DNA of 64,000 bases from contig CAVQHD010000001.1 of NCBI GenBank assembly GCA_963712275.1, positions 160,001 to 224,000 of the forward strand. The letters run 5' to 3'. Made by a program: the position numbers and the translations under genes. This stretch comes from an uncultured Rhabdochlamydiaceae bacterium. Its GTDB lineage: Bacteria; Chlamydiota; Chlamydiia; Chlamydiales; Rhabdochlamydiaceae. This document shows positions 21,043 to 30,982 of this stretch, in pieces. The notes under the pieces were generated by a model that was not told the origin of the DNA, did no database searches, and saw only the letters and a program-made list of their open reading frames with translations. Positions within the stretch are counted from its first letter, which is position 1. Every line of letters begins with the position of its first letter.

Positions 21043-21428
21043 TAAGGAACCGGATCGACGCCCCCTGGGTTCCACGGATGACAGCGGCAGATCCTTTTCA
21101 CCGCAAGTCCTACTCCCCTCATCACCCCATGCTTTTCCAACGCCTCAACGGCATACTGAGAGCACGAGGGATAAAATCGGCAGGTTTCCCCAATCAAGGG
21201 ACCGATTGTCCATTGATAGAGACGAATCAATCCAATTAATATTGAACCTATCCCGATAAAAAGTTTCAGTCGATTTTCGGGTTCTTTTGAGCCGATTTTT
21301 GATCCATTTTTAGGGGGCAATATACTTTTGTCGATATGGCCCCCTAAAAATGGATCAAAAAGCGACCAAAATAATCCCGAAAATCGACGAAAAATTTTAT
21401 CGGGATAGGTTCTTACTCTAAATAACAT
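21042..21428 (-). CDS. yidD: Membrane protein insertion efficiency factor with a palindrome-derived N-terminal extension
   Basis: [38 protein letters not shown]. Confidence 0.9.
   Translation of the reverse strand: MLFRVRTYPDKIFRRFSGLFWSLFDPFLGGHIDKSILPPKNGSKIGSKEPENRLKLFIGIGSILIGLIRLYQWTIGPLIGETCRFYPSCSQYAVEALEKHGVMRGVGLAVKRICRCHPWNPGGVDPVP
21244..21412. mobile_element. Palindromic MITE family C (169 bp), arms homologous to family A
   Basis: TIR GAACCTATCCCGATAAAA / TTTTATCGGGATAGGTTC; central GGGGGCAATATAC...GATATGGCCCCC. Confidence 0.88.
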
Positions 21429-22212
21429 GAAAAAGGTCTTGTAAAATCACAATGAAAATCTCAATACAAATCAAAATGATAATGGTCCATTCCAAGCGAG
21501 AGGAGTGTTGATGATTGAGCTCATTGCTTAAAATTTCAAATAGCTCATGTACAACGCCCAGCCGTTTGTTCAAGATCTCAACCCTCTTATTTGTATCCAG
21601 GTAATGGGTTGTACGACGGTAAAAAGGTTCCAGTTCAGGATAATTCCAGAAAAACTCGGGAGTATCTAAAACCTCGCTATGCAGATTAATGAAGTTTCTT
21701 TCGATAAAAAGCTCTCCCATTTTGCAAGAGATCTCTTTGCGAGACATGGAGATTTTTCCTTTCGTTGCAAGATCTTCGGGAAGATATTTCGTATTGTCAA
21801 TGGTCTTTTGAATCATCTCTTCAAAAGTTGTGAGCTTAACCGATTGGGCAAGCCCATAAGAAATCGAGAGCTTTGTTAGCGTATTTTTTGTAGGAAGAGA
21901 GATTTCATCCTCTTCAATCCGCATGTTCTCACCGTAAATGTAGGTAAATTCATCCATTTCCGGTTTAGAAATAGAATTTTTTTCGAACTCTTTTAAAGAC
22001 TCCAAAATCGCCCGCTCTTCCTCTTCGATAAACCCCCATAAGACGATACATCCATAGGAAAAATAAAAAACATCCCCCTTTGGCCTTCGATCTTCCTTCA
22101 ATAAAATGTGGACGCACTCTCGAAAAAGCTGGGCAGAGCCAAATTTTTGCAAGGACTGAAAAAGGCGGGGAATATCATAAGACGCTGCTGTGCAATACGT
22201 CGTACATCGCAT
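21418..22212 (-). CDS. RMD1/DUF155 family protein
   Basis: [47 protein letters not shown]. Confidence 0.9.
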   Translation of the reverse strand: MRCTTYCTAASYDIPRLFQSLQKFGSAQLFRECVHILLKEDRRPKGDVFYFSYGCIVLWGFIEEEERAILESLKEFEKNSISKPEMDEFTYIYGENMRIEEDEISLPTKNTLTKLSISYGLAQSVKLTTFEEMIQKTIDNTKYLPEDLATKGKISMSRKEISCKMGELFIERNFINLHSEVLDTPEFFWNYPELEPFYRRTTHYLDTNKRVEILNKRLGVVHELFEILSNELNHQHSSRLEWTIIILICIEIFIVILQDLFHVI

Positions 22213-22265
22213 AACTTCTGTTATAGCCGATCTTTCTTATAAAGGGAAGGAAAGGAACTAAAAAA

Positions 22266-23096
22266 TTAGTTTAATAGGGTTGGAATTGAAACGGGACTCT
22301 TGGAAATAGAGCCAGCGGTATCCGGTGAAAAATTATGGAGTTTTTTGATCAACTCTTTTAAATTCCCAATAGAAGTAAGCTTCTTGTGAACATACTCTTT
22401 TACTTCATCGCTTGCGTTTCTAAAATTGAGGTTTAATTTATCAGAGTGATATTTCGTTAGCGCCTTATTTAATTCTGATAAGTTTGTAATTCCTTTCACA
22501 CATTCTTCTTCTGGAACCCCTAATTTCTCTGCTATGAGGTTAAAATCAATTGTAACCATGTCGAATGCAGACTCTTCGATCCATTCAATAGGGTCAAAAG
22601 AATTGATTGCTTGCTGAATAGAAGTCAGCTGTGCTTGTCGTTGGAACGAAAAGCAACGAGCAAAGATCCATCGAATGAACCCACAGACAGTGTAAAATGC
22701 CCGCTCCTTGTTAAGAGTTGAGCGACGCTCCATCTCTTTCAAGATATTCAATGAAGACTCCATTTTTCCTTTCAATTGCACAACACTTTGAATAAAATCG
22801 TCCGGGATCTGCTCTGTGCTATTGCTGAGGTAAACAGCAGTGATATAGCTTGCGATAGCGACTCTCAAATAGCTCGTTCTAAAAAAATGGGTTGCAATTT
22901 TGTAAATAAGCTCAAGGGAAAGTTTTATACCCTCTGGCGCTTCGGGATTCTCTGGTATAGAAATGCAGTTCCCTTTGCAATAAATATAATTGTGTCTTTC
23001 TGAGCTCTTGGGCTTAATGTCAGTGGAAATGATTACGTCGGCTATTTGCCAAGGCTGAACAACGCTTTGTAGATATGCATTTGGATCTAAACTCAT
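22266..23096 (-). CDS. Hypothetical protein with C-terminal J-domain-like segment
   Basis: 276-aa AT-rich ORF; LGV...ELNKALTKYHSDK resembles J-domain helix II and the HPD loop. Confidence 0.65.
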   Translation of the reverse strand: MSLDPNAYLQSVVQPWQIADVIISTDIKPKSSERHNYIYCKGNCISIPENPEAPEGIKLSLELIYKIATHFFRTSYLRVAIASYITAVYLSNSTEQIPDDFIQSVVQLKGKMESSLNILKEMERRSTLNKERAFYTVCGFIRWIFARCFSFQRQAQLTSIQQAINSFDPIEWIEESAFDMVTIDFNLIAEKLGVPEEECVKGITNLSELNKALTKYHSDKLNLNFRNASDEVKEYVHKKLTSIGNLKELIKKLHNFSPDTAGSISKSPVSIPTLLN

Positions 23097-23335
23097 GCGT
23101 TCTACTATAGCAAATTATATCAATTTAGTCACGGGTTTTTAAAAAAAAATATATAATTTTTTTGACATCTCTTTAGAGATGCTCCAATATCCAGGACAGA
23201 GGTAGAAAAAGACGTCTTTACCCGCTATGTCTTGAATGCCAACCTACCAAAATAACTTTTCAAAAACGTGCCACTTCACAAATCCGATTGATTTCTTTCA
23301 GAGGACTTCGTTAAGATAAGCGACTTATTACATAT

Positions 23336-23417
23336 GCGGGAGTGGCGGAATTGGTAGACGCGCTACTTTGAGGTGGTAGTGAGGAAACTCGTGTGGGTTC
23401 GAGTCCCACCTTTCGCA
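23336..23417 (+). tRNA. tRNA-Leu (anticodon GAG)
   Basis: Acceptor GCGGGAG/CTTTCGC, D-arm TGGCGGAATTGGTAGACGC, anticodon arm CTACT-TTGAGGT-GGTAG, long variable arm, GGTTCGAGTCC. Confidence 0.95.
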
Positions 23418-23707
23418 TTTTTCACAAATCCCATTTCTTCATTAAGAGGCTATCTCTCTAGATCGTATTCCTGTAGAGCGGAATTGAACCAACCCTTCAA
23501 TTTTTGATAGCTAGTCAGGGGTTTTCATTCAGACTCTAAAGTCATCTCGTGATCTCTTGCATACCCAACCCAGCTTTAAACTCGTCTTGGATTAAATCGA
23601 CATAATATACATATATTTAGAGAGAAAGCAAGCGTTTCTATGGGAATTCAACGGACCCCCTAATGCTTGTTATAGGGCAAAGAACTTTGAATCTTGCTTG
23701 CTTATGC

Positions 23708-23755
23708 TTGACAATTTTCTTGAAAACCACTAAAACTATTAGTAGTAGACAAGAA
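23708..23755 (+). promoter_or_regulatory. Probable sigma70-type promoter and operator of the antitoxin gene
   Basis: TTGACA 23708-23713, 17-nt spacer, TAAAAC; overlapping imperfect inverted repeat TTCTTG...ACTAA-AACTA-TTAGT...CAAGAA. Confidence 0.5.
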
Positions 23756-23774
23756 TATAATCAAGTAGGCATTT

Positions 23775-24599
23775 ATGAAGCTAGACGACTTTTTCGCCTT
23801 ACATAAGGTCTTTACTTTCAAAGAGATTGAGCTCAGTCTTTCGAGTGACGTGGGTTCATCTACCAAAAACTCAACTCTTTATAACCTGCTTACTTATCAT
23901 CAGAAACAAGGGCATATCCTTCGCATTCGTCGAGGACTATATTATTCTGTGCCTAAGGGCTTGGATCCAACTGATTGCCTTGTTGATCCATTCTTAGTAG
24001 CTAGTAAAATGGCAGAGGATTCTGTAATTGCTTATGGATCTGCCCTTGATTTGCATGGGAAACTCCACAGTATTCAAAACCGAATGATTTATTTGACCAA
24101 AAAACGAGTGATGGCTTCTTTTGATTTTCGAGATATTAAGTATCAAGCTGTAGCTATTCCCTCAGCGTTGAAGGCAGCAAGTCAGGAAACATTCGGAATA
24201 CAATCAATAGATCGGCTTGGTCCACCAGTTTTTGTTACAAGCCTTGAACGGACATTAGTTGATGTATTAGATCGCCCTTATCTATGCGGTTCATGGGAAG
24301 AAATATGGCTCTCCCTTGAGAGCATCGAATACCTGGATATGGATCAGGTGCTAACGTATGCCCTTCTTTTAGCCAATTCGACTACTATTGCTAAGCTAGG
24401 GTTTTTCTTAGAAACCCATCAAGCAGCACTAATGATTCCTGAGCATTATCTTGAAGAATTGCGTAAGCATCGTCCAGCCAAACCTCATTACATGGACCGT
24501 AATCAAAGTGAACCCCAGAAAATGATCGCTAAATGGAATTTGGTAGTTCCTCTAAGCTTGATCAATCGCTCATGGGAGGAGCCTAATGCAAACAAATGA
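23775..24599 (+). CDS. AbiEi-family (type IV toxin-antitoxin) antitoxin / transcriptional regulator
   Basis: N-terminal wHTH with RIRRGLY, YGSALDLHG, VTSLERTLVDVLDRP.LCGSWEE. Confidence 0.85.
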   Translation: MKLDDFFALHKVFTFKEIELSLSSDVGSSTKNSTLYNLLTYHQKQGHILRIRRGLYYSVPKGLDPTDCLVDPFLVASKMAEDSVIAYGSALDLHGKLHSIQNRMIYLTKKRVMASFDFRDIKYQAVAIPSALKAASQETFGIQSIDRLGPPVFVTSLERTLVDVLDRPYLCGSWEEIWLSLESIEYLDMDQVLTYALLLANSTTIAKLGFFLETHQAALMIPEHYLEELRKHRPAKPHYMDRNQSEPQKMIAKWNLVVPLSLINRSWEEPNANK

Positions 24600-24641
24600 T
24601 TTGCTCAATCATGTTGCCAAATTCAGAAGGACTTACAAAAT

Positions 24642-24683
24642 AAAAAAGCCGAACGTTTGGACAATTCTGACAAAACGTTCGGC
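24642..24683 (-). terminator. Intrinsic terminator after tRNA-Leu(CAA)
   Basis: GCCGAACGTTT...AAACGTTCGGC stem followed by a T-run on the minus strand. Confidence 0.75.
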
Positions 24684-24687
24684 AATA

Positions 24688-24771
24688 TGCCGATGACTGG
24701 ACTCGAACCAGCACTCTATTGCTAGAAGTAGATTTTGAGTCTACCGCGTCTACCAATTCCGCCACATCGGC
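24688..24771 (-). tRNA. tRNA-Leu (anticodon CAA)
   Basis: Acceptor GCCGATG/CATCGGC, anticodon arm GTAGA-CTCAAAA-TCTAC, long variable arm, GGTTCGAGTCC. Confidence 0.95.
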
Positions 24772-24822
24772 ATAAGAAGGAGGGATTATGGACAAAAGAC
24801 GATTTTCCTGCTGCCCTAAAAA

Positions 24823-25068
24823 TTATCGCTTGGGGGATGTTTCACTTTCCCAGGGATAAGATTCCCGCTGCCGATGTTGAGGGGGGGGCAGAGGATAATG
24901 GGTCTCATGATGATACCGGTAGACATACTCTCCTTTCGCGTTTTGCTCCTTTAAGCGAGACTTCTCTGATGTTTCATGCCCGGAGCATCCAAGGAGGGTA
25001 AGAAGAATTCCCTTTTGCAGAATAATAAACATTTTTTTAATGTGTGGGTTAACCCGATGGAACAGCAT
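24823..25068 (-). CDS. Small putative lipoprotein
   Basis: Lipobox-like LLGC; likely start near 25032. Confidence 0.55.
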   Translation of the reverse strand: MLFHRVNPHIKKMFIILQKGILLTLLGCSGHETSEKSRLKEQNAKGEYVYRYHHETHYPLPPPQHRQRESYPWESETSPKR

Positions 25069-26344
25069 GAAACAAATTCTCCTACAAAATCACGAGACAC
25101 TCTTATTTACAGAAGGACATATCACACTTGCGAAAAATAGCCAAATTCTACTGCAACTTTTGCGAGATCGAAGTTTTGACCTTGTCATTGTTGAAGATCT
25201 TGACATATTTGACCAAGCCCAAAAAGAGTTTCCCCACGTTCCAATAGCTATCGCTTCTTTCATTGGGTCCATTTCCCAAGCGGTCGAAGCAATGCGCAGG
25301 GGCGCTGTCGATTATCTTGTCAAACCTCTTTCGACAGATCACATTGAAAAACTCTTAAGCCGCCTTAAAGAGCCGCCTCAGATCAAGCGAAAAACATCTT
25401 CTTCTAAAAGAAAGCGTCAAGAAAACATCTTAGCTGAAAGCATGATCATGCAGAAGGTTCTTGCCGATATTGAAAAAATTGCACAAAGCCATGCAGCCGT
25501 TTTAATCACAGGAGAGTCGGGGACAGGAAAAGAAGTGATCGCTCATTCGATTCACTACCAATCTCCTCGCTCGCGCTACCCTTTCATCAAAGTCAATTGC
25601 GCTGCAGTGCCAGAATCGCTCATCGAATCGGAGTTTTTTGGCCATGAAAGAGGAGCTTTCACAGGCGCCCTTGAAGAGCGGCTGGGCCGTTTTGAGCTTG
25701 CCCATCAAGGAACTCTTCTCCTAGATGAAGTGTCAGAAATACCCCTTGGGCTGCAAGCTAAACTCCTCCGCGCGGTCCAAGAGCAAGAATTTGAAAGAGT
25801 AGGAGGAACAAAACCGATTCATGTCGATGTCCGCCTCATTGCGACATCGAATCGAACTATGAAAGAAATGGTCGATCAAAAGCTCTTCAGAGAAGACCTT
25901 TATTTTCGGCTGAATGTGATTCCAATTCACCTACCTCCTTTGAGAGAGAGGAAGGAAGATATTTTAGGGCTTGCTACTTATTTTTTAGACCGGTTTTGCG
26001 AAGAAAATCAGAGGCGCAAAAAACAGATTTCCCCTGCTGCCCAGAATTGCCTGCTCGATTATCCATGGCCCGGAAATATTCGAGAGCTCGCAAACACAGT
26101 GGAGCGAGCCGTTGTTATGCATTCCGCGGATATCCTTGAAGCCTCCCATCTTCATCTAGACCCCATTGCACCTGCTCTTCTGACCCTTCCCATGACAAGA
26201 GAAGGGACACTAGCTGAAGTTGAAAAGCACCATATTCTAGAAATCCTCTCTCGTTGCAATCACAATCGAACGCGGGCAGCTGAGGTCCTCGGCATTAACG
26301 TGCGGACACTACGCAATAAGCTTCATCAATACCATTTGCAATAA
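25067..26344 (+). CDS. Sigma54-dependent transcriptional activator (AtoC/NtrC family; chlamydial CtcC-like)
   Basis: GESGTGKE, GAFTGA, LLLDE, FREDLYFRLNV, WPGNIREL, Fis-type HTH; degenerate receiver domain. Confidence 0.93.
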   Translation: MKQILLQNHETLLFTEGHITLAKNSQILLQLLRDRSFDLVIVEDLDIFDQAQKEFPHVPIAIASFIGSISQAVEAMRRGAVDYLVKPLSTDHIEKLLSRLKEPPQIKRKTSSSKRKRQENILAESMIMQKVLADIEKIAQSHAAVLITGESGTGKEVIAHSIHYQSPRSRYPFIKVNCAAVPESLIESEFFGHERGAFTGALEERLGRFELAHQGTLLLDEVSEIPLGLQAKLLRAVQEQEFERVGGTKPIHVDVRLIATSNRTMKEMVDQKLFREDLYFRLNVIPIHLPPLRERKEDILGLATYFLDRFCEENQRRKKQISPAAQNCLLDYPWPGNIRELANTVERAVVMHSADILEASHLHLDPIAPALLTLPMTREGTLAEVEKHHILEILSRCNHNRTRAAEVLGINVRTLRNKLHQYHLQ

Positions 26345-26370
26345 ATCACAGAAATTTTTAACCTGATTTC

Positions 26371-26913
26371 ATGAATTTTCGATGGTTACTTATCTTGTGC
26401 GCCTGTCTTACAACGAGCCTTCGGGCAGCTGATGTCTCTCTTGAGCTCAACCTCGAAGATGATCCTAATTACAGGATGGAGATGACAGCTCCAGAAGGAT
26501 GGAATCTTCATGCCGATAAGCAACTCATTAATACGATCCACCTGCAAGATACGACATCCTTGGGGCATAGCGGGGGATATGCATTGATTTCTTTTGCTAA
26601 AAACCAGCCGAACACTTTCGAGCGGCGAGAAAGATATTTCTCTCGGATAAGTGAATGGCTCGTCTCCCGTTATCCTGAGGCTATTGTTGCTAACACGCCC
26701 CCTCCTTCATTTCCCGGATTTCCCTCTTTAACGGTTTCCCGATCTCTTGCAATCGATACCCAAAAAGAAGGCAAGGATCGATTTGTCAAGATTATTTTAT
26801 TCCACACGGAAGGGCACATCTGCAGCCTCTTCATCATCCATGAAAGCTTAGAAAAAGCAGACGCGGCTTTGGGACATATCGCAGCCTCCTTACGGCTCAC
26901 AAAAACATTTTAA
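26371..26913 (+). CDS. Secreted hypothetical protein
   Basis: Signal peptide ending SLRA; 180 aa. Confidence 0.7.
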   Translation: MNFRWLLILCACLTTSLRAADVSLELNLEDDPNYRMEMTAPEGWNLHADKQLINTIHLQDTTSLGHSGGYALISFAKNQPNTFERRERYFSRISEWLVSRYPEAIVANTPPPSFPGFPSLTVSRSLAIDTQKEGKDRFVKIILFHTEGHICSLFIIHESLEKADAALGHIAASLRLTKTF

Positions 26914-28536
26914 GTACTCTTCGATCATCTCTCGAAGAAATTTCCACCGATGCTGCGAAAATGGAATCTCGATATTGAGTTGATAGATTCTTTCAAGGAC
27001 TTCAAGCGCCGGCTTAAGCGTCAATTGATAAGCTTTTTCATGAGAGAGCTCTTCTTCATAAAGAATAGCTTTTCCACTTCCTTCTATCTCATGCTCTAAA
27101 GACTTTGCAAACTCTAAGCACTTGCGAAAGCTTCCCTGAAACTGGGCTAAAGCCTCCTGAAGCTGATCAGCTGTGAGACCCATTGGATGCTCTCCTATCA
27201 TTTTCTTGATGGCTGAATCGACCGCCTGCCCATGAGAAAGAAACGGTTTAATCTCCTCCCAATTCCGATGAGGAATATGGGAAAAACCGAGCCCTTGACC
27301 TGTTGCATTCATGAATGTTATGTGAGGATACATTTTTGTGTAGGCATCAATGGTTTGCCGCTCCATCACCCACTTTACAAGTGTTGCGACTCTCTTCCCC
27401 TGCATCCCCTTGCGATACACCGACTGCTCTCCTGCGCGCGTCTCTTTTTTGCGCTGAGTTAAATGGACTGGAACTCCTGGTGCATAATGAGTCCCTTTCA
27501 TATAGGCAAGATCGACCCCAGCTAAAATGATTGGCGAGCATCCCCAAAAACAAGCTAAAGCAAGGGCAAGCGTCGTCACAGAAAGAGCTTCCCTGCCTAA
27601 GTCAAGCCCAATATCTGCCTCTGTCAACCCCAGCTGCTGTTCAATCGCTTTTTCTAGGGGGCTTCCCGTTGGAGATCGAAGGTAGCCATAAGGACCCTCA
27701 AAGAGGTCAAAGACTCCAGGATAAAGCCGATTTCCATAAATCAAGGGAAGATCTTTCCACTGGCACCCTTTTAAGCATTCTTTTTCTTGTGCATTGGGGT
27801 CAATTGCAACACCTAAATGAGGCCGTACTTCCATATGGGAAAGCGCCGAGAGAGCAGACCCGCACCCTATCAACACCACTTGATCCCGAATTATTTTAAG
27901 CTCAGCCGCAGCCCCCGATAGCGACGGGCCAGCTCCACAGATGACCGCTGGAAGCCCCGCAAAATCGTTTCTCGTCCGATTCACATAGAAGGCTGAAGGG
28001 AGCTTTTGAAAATTGGAAAGAATATTGCGGTGGAGGAGATGCCCTGAGAGAACTTCTGATGTCAGAGAATTCCATAACACGGTCTTGCGAAGCAGGGCTA
28101 GTTTGACCGCTCGAAAAGAAGCAGAGGCTCCTTCCATTGTGATAACAGCCACCCGCTCTAGAGGAAACTGTTTGGCGCACTCCTCTAAAATCTCATCTCG
28201 TTGAGATGCAAGAAACCGAAGGTGCACTTGAGGGTGCTGCAGAAGCCTTTCTCCCCACTCAAGTGAACTAAGCCGATGAATGGCATAAAGATTTTCCTCT
28301 AAAAAGATCAGCTGCCTCCCACTCACAGCCTCGAGCCACTCTTGAAGTTCTAAAAAAGGCCTTCCTTCAGCCAGTCCATAGATGTAAATGGCATCGAGAT
28401 GCTCAAGTGAAAGGCGTGCAATCGCAAGGTGGACACGTGCATCAAGTCCCTCTGGGCTATCATAGGCAAGCGCTGGATCAAAGTGTGAAAGATGGAGCTG
28501 AAGTTGAAGATCTGGGTACCGATCAAGAAGGGGCAT
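26890..28536 (-). CDS. DUF115 / motility-associated-factor (Maf) glycosyltransferase-like protein
   Basis: PAVICGAGPSL, PHLGVAIDP, GCSPIILAGVDLAY, NATGQG; ATG 28536 preferred because the TTG at 28590 lies within a MITE. Confidence 0.82.
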   Translation of the reverse strand: MPLLDRYPDLQLQLHLSHFDPALAYDSPEGLDARVHLAIARLSLEHLDAIYIYGLAEGRPFLELQEWLEAVSGRQLIFLEENLYAIHRLSSLEWGERLLQHPQVHLRFLASQRDEILEECAKQFPLERVAVITMEGASASFRAVKLALLRKTVLWNSLTSEVLSGHLLHRNILSNFQKLPSAFYVNRTRNDFAGLPAVICGAGPSLSGAAAELKIIRDQVVLIGCGSALSALSHMEVRPHLGVAIDPNAQEKECLKGCQWKDLPLIYGNRLYPGVFDLFEGPYGYLRSPTGSPLEKAIEQQLGLTEADIGLDLGREALSVTTLALALACFWGCSPIILAGVDLAYMKGTHYAPGVPVHLTQRKKETRAGEQSVYRKGMQGKRVATLVKWVMERQTIDAYTKMYPHITFMNATGQGLGFSHIPHRNWEEIKPFLSHGQAVDSAIKKMIGEHPMGLTADQLQEALAQFQGSFRKCLEFAKSLEHEIEGSGKAILYEEELSHEKAYQLTLKPALEVLERIYQLNIEIPFSQHRWKFLREMIEEYLKCFCEP

Positions 28537-28556
28537 TAAGGGCCTGTCGTCAATTA

Positions 28557-28697
28557 AGGTTTCGTCGCTTTTTGGGGCTTTTTGAGCCAATTTCCGCTTT
28601 ATTTGGTGGGGGTTATATCAACTTTCGTATATTACCCCCACCAAATAAAGCGGAAATTGGCCAAAAAGCGACGAAATCTGAGTTTTAAGACAGCTTC
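28557..28697. mobile_element. Palindromic MITE family A, left TIR lost
   Basis: Same arms and central loop as 9093..9261; right TIR CTGAGTTTTAAGACAGCTTC followed by TAA. Confidence 0.85.
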
Positions 28698-28765
28698 TAA
28701 AACTCTAGATTTTTTTCATGGGTTTAGAATAAAATTTAAGTTAAATTTTAAAGGAGATCCTTCTG

Positions 28766-29923
28766 ATGACAAGCTTTGCAGCAATAATTTGTTTATTCGC
28801 CTTCCATGGAGGGCCTGCAGACCATTTTGCCACCTTCGCAGAGAATTTAACAGAAAATGGGTATGAAGTTCAAATCTTTGCATCAGGGCCTGCTTTACAA
28901 AAATTTCAAAGTCGTGGAATCGATGTCATCCAAGTTGATATAGAAAATCTTTCTCCAAAAGCCGCAGCCAATTTAGCCTCAAGCCTTGCCAAACGTTGCT
29001 GCAAAGCCTCTGCCGTGATGACAGATGTTGGACACTCCTTTGATATCTCCCTTCAGGAGGCCCTGGCCAAAGAAGCTCCAGAGGCTCTCCGCCTAGCTTA
29101 CTATGACAATCCAGAACCTTATGTTCCAGGAGGATACTCTTCTGTAGCGGCAAAAGTCATGCTCGCAGCTAGCAAAGCCTTATTCGCTAATGCAAATCTT
29201 GCTAAAGCTGCTCTTTATGAAGAGCCCAATAAGGCAATCAATTTAGATGCGAGCCGCCGAATAGGGCTTGGTTATTATCCCACTGCTCAAGCCGAAAAAA
29301 CGAGGAAACAAAGAAAAGAAGAATGTGACACGCTCCGCACACGATTCTTTCAGCAGCACGCTTTAGAAGATAAAGAGCAAAAAATATTTGTCTACATGGG
29401 AGGCAATAACGACGAATATTTTACAAAAGCTTTTCCGGCATTCCTTCATTTTCTTGCTGAAGGAGCAAATCAATCTGACTTATCGAATTTCATCATTCTT
29501 TTTCAGCAGCACCCTGGAGCTAAAAGTAAAAACCGGGATGGCCAAGAGCTCGACAACTGGATTAATGAGCAGGGAAAGAATGCAAAAGCTGCTACAATTG
29601 TCAAATCAGACTGGTCTTCAGATGAGGTTCAAATCGTAGCCGATGGGATTTTATACTACCAAACAAGCATGGGGCCTCAGTTTGCACTCGCAGGCATCCC
29701 TATCATTCAAGTCGGTCACAACACGTATGAAGACATCCTTGTGAGAAACCATTTATGCCCTTCTGCGACGACTTCCTCAGAATTTGTTAAAGCACTTTTA
29801 GAGGTAAAACCTGAGGCTATCTCTGAAGAGCGGCAGCAACTCCTCTTCAAGGGCTTAGGGATAACATCTGATTGGTTCAAAATATTTAAACAAGCCATCA
29901 CGCCGTTGAAACAATCCGATTAA
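28766..29923 (+). CDS. Hypothetical protein, possibly GT-B-fold glycosyltransferase-like
   Basis: 385-aa ORF; QQHPG and TSMG..FALAGIPIIQV resemble GT-B C-terminal motifs. Confidence 0.6.
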   Translation: MTSFAAIICLFAFHGGPADHFATFAENLTENGYEVQIFASGPALQKFQSRGIDVIQVDIENLSPKAAANLASSLAKRCCKASAVMTDVGHSFDISLQEALAKEAPEALRLAYYDNPEPYVPGGYSSVAAKVMLAASKALFANANLAKAALYEEPNKAINLDASRRIGLGYYPTAQAEKTRKQRKEECDTLRTRFFQQHALEDKEQKIFVYMGGNNDEYFTKAFPAFLHFLAEGANQSDLSNFIILFQQHPGAKSKNRDGQELDNWINEQGKNAKAATIVKSDWSSDEVQIVADGILYYQTSMGPQFALAGIPIIQVGHNTYEDILVRNHLCPSATTSSEFVKALLEVKPEAISEERQQLLFKGLGITSDWFKIFKQAITPLKQSD

Positions 29924-29940
29924 AAAGCAGTGGCATCTTA

Positions 29941-30100
29941 GAAGCTGTCTTAAAACTCAGGTTTCGTCGCTTTTTGGAGGATTTTGAGCCAATTTTCGCT
30001 TTATTTGGTGGGAGTAATATACGAAAGTTGATATAACCCCCACCAAATAAAGCGAAAATTGGCTCAAAAAGCGACAGAAACTGAGTTTTAAGATAGCTTC
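29941..30100. mobile_element. Palindromic MITE family A, full copy (160 bp)
   Basis: Both TIRs present; TTA duplicated at 29938-29940 and 30101-30103. Confidence 0.9.
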
Positions 30101-30132
30101 TTAGAGACTGTCTCCGCTATGATAGACGAGTC

Positions 30133-30978
30133 ATGAGAAAATTATTTTTAATTTTTGCCTATCTCATCCTTTGCACAGGATGCTCGCCTCCTCCAGAGCA
30201 GAAACCTATTATTTTAGTCTCCATTCCTCCCTATGCAGATTTAATCAAAAAAATCGTTGCAGATGAGGCTTCGATTCAAATTTTTGCTCCGCCGGGATCG
30301 AACCCTCACGTCTATGAACCCTCCCCTGAGCAGGTTCACCAGTTCACTCAAGCAAAAATTTGGTTTCGCACGGGAGATCCGATTGAACGGAAGATCGTCC
30401 AATTTTTAAAACCGTACAACGTCCAAATGGTCGACCTTTCGCATAACAAAGCCGTTTTGGATACCGAATGCCACGCTCATCACCATGACCATGAGGAAAA
30501 AGATCTTCACCTTTGGCTAAGTCCGCTCATTGTCGCTGAGCAGGTGGAAGAAATCACCCGCGTTTTGATTGAGTCTTTTCCCAACCTGAAGCAATCTTTC
30601 GAGGAAAATAGCAAAGCTTTAATCGATCGACTTAAGCAACTGGATGCCCATATCAGCCAAAAGCTTGCGCCTTTTAAAGGAAGCCGCCTGCTGATTTCAC
30701 ACCCTTCCCTCGCCTACTTCTGCGAGCGGTATGGACTGCACCAACTGTCTATTGAAGTGGAAGGAAAGGATCCGCTTCTCCGAGACATCGCTTCTCTCAT
30801 GGATGAGCTCAAAGAGCATCCCATCCCTGTGGTGTTTACTCAGCCACAATATAATAACAAAGGGGCCCTTCTCATTGCAGATCAGCTCCACCTTCCCTCT
30901 CAGGAAATCGATCCTTATGCCGAGGATTATTTTGAAATGTTAGAGCTCGTGACGGAAGCGATTGTAACCCATTATTAG
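30133..30978 (+). CDS. Zn/Mn ABC transporter substrate-binding lipoprotein (ZnuA-like)
   Basis: Lipobox CTGC, NPHVYEPSP, His-rich loop, DLHLWLSP, HPSLAYF. Confidence 0.92.
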   Translation: MRKLFLIFAYLILCTGCSPPPEQKPIILVSIPPYADLIKKIVADEASIQIFAPPGSNPHVYEPSPEQVHQFTQAKIWFRTGDPIERKIVQFLKPYNVQMVDLSHNKAVLDTECHAHHHDHEEKDLHLWLSPLIVAEQVEEITRVLIESFPNLKQSFEENSKALIDRLKQLDAHISQKLAPFKGSRLLISHPSLAYFCERYGLHQLSIEVEGKDPLLRDIASLMDELKEHPIPVVFTQPQYNNKGALLIADQLHLPSQEIDPYAEDYFEMLELVTEAIVTHY

Positions 30979-30982
30979 ATTC

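Noticed and set aside
24583..24795. 70-aa minus-strand ORF
   Set aside because: It is a translation of the tRNA-Leu(CAA) gene and its terminator.
28582..28866. ORFs starting in or running into MITEs (also 9249..9461 and 21032..21259)
   Set aside because: Derived from repeat sequence and overlapping real genes; no independent coding evidence.
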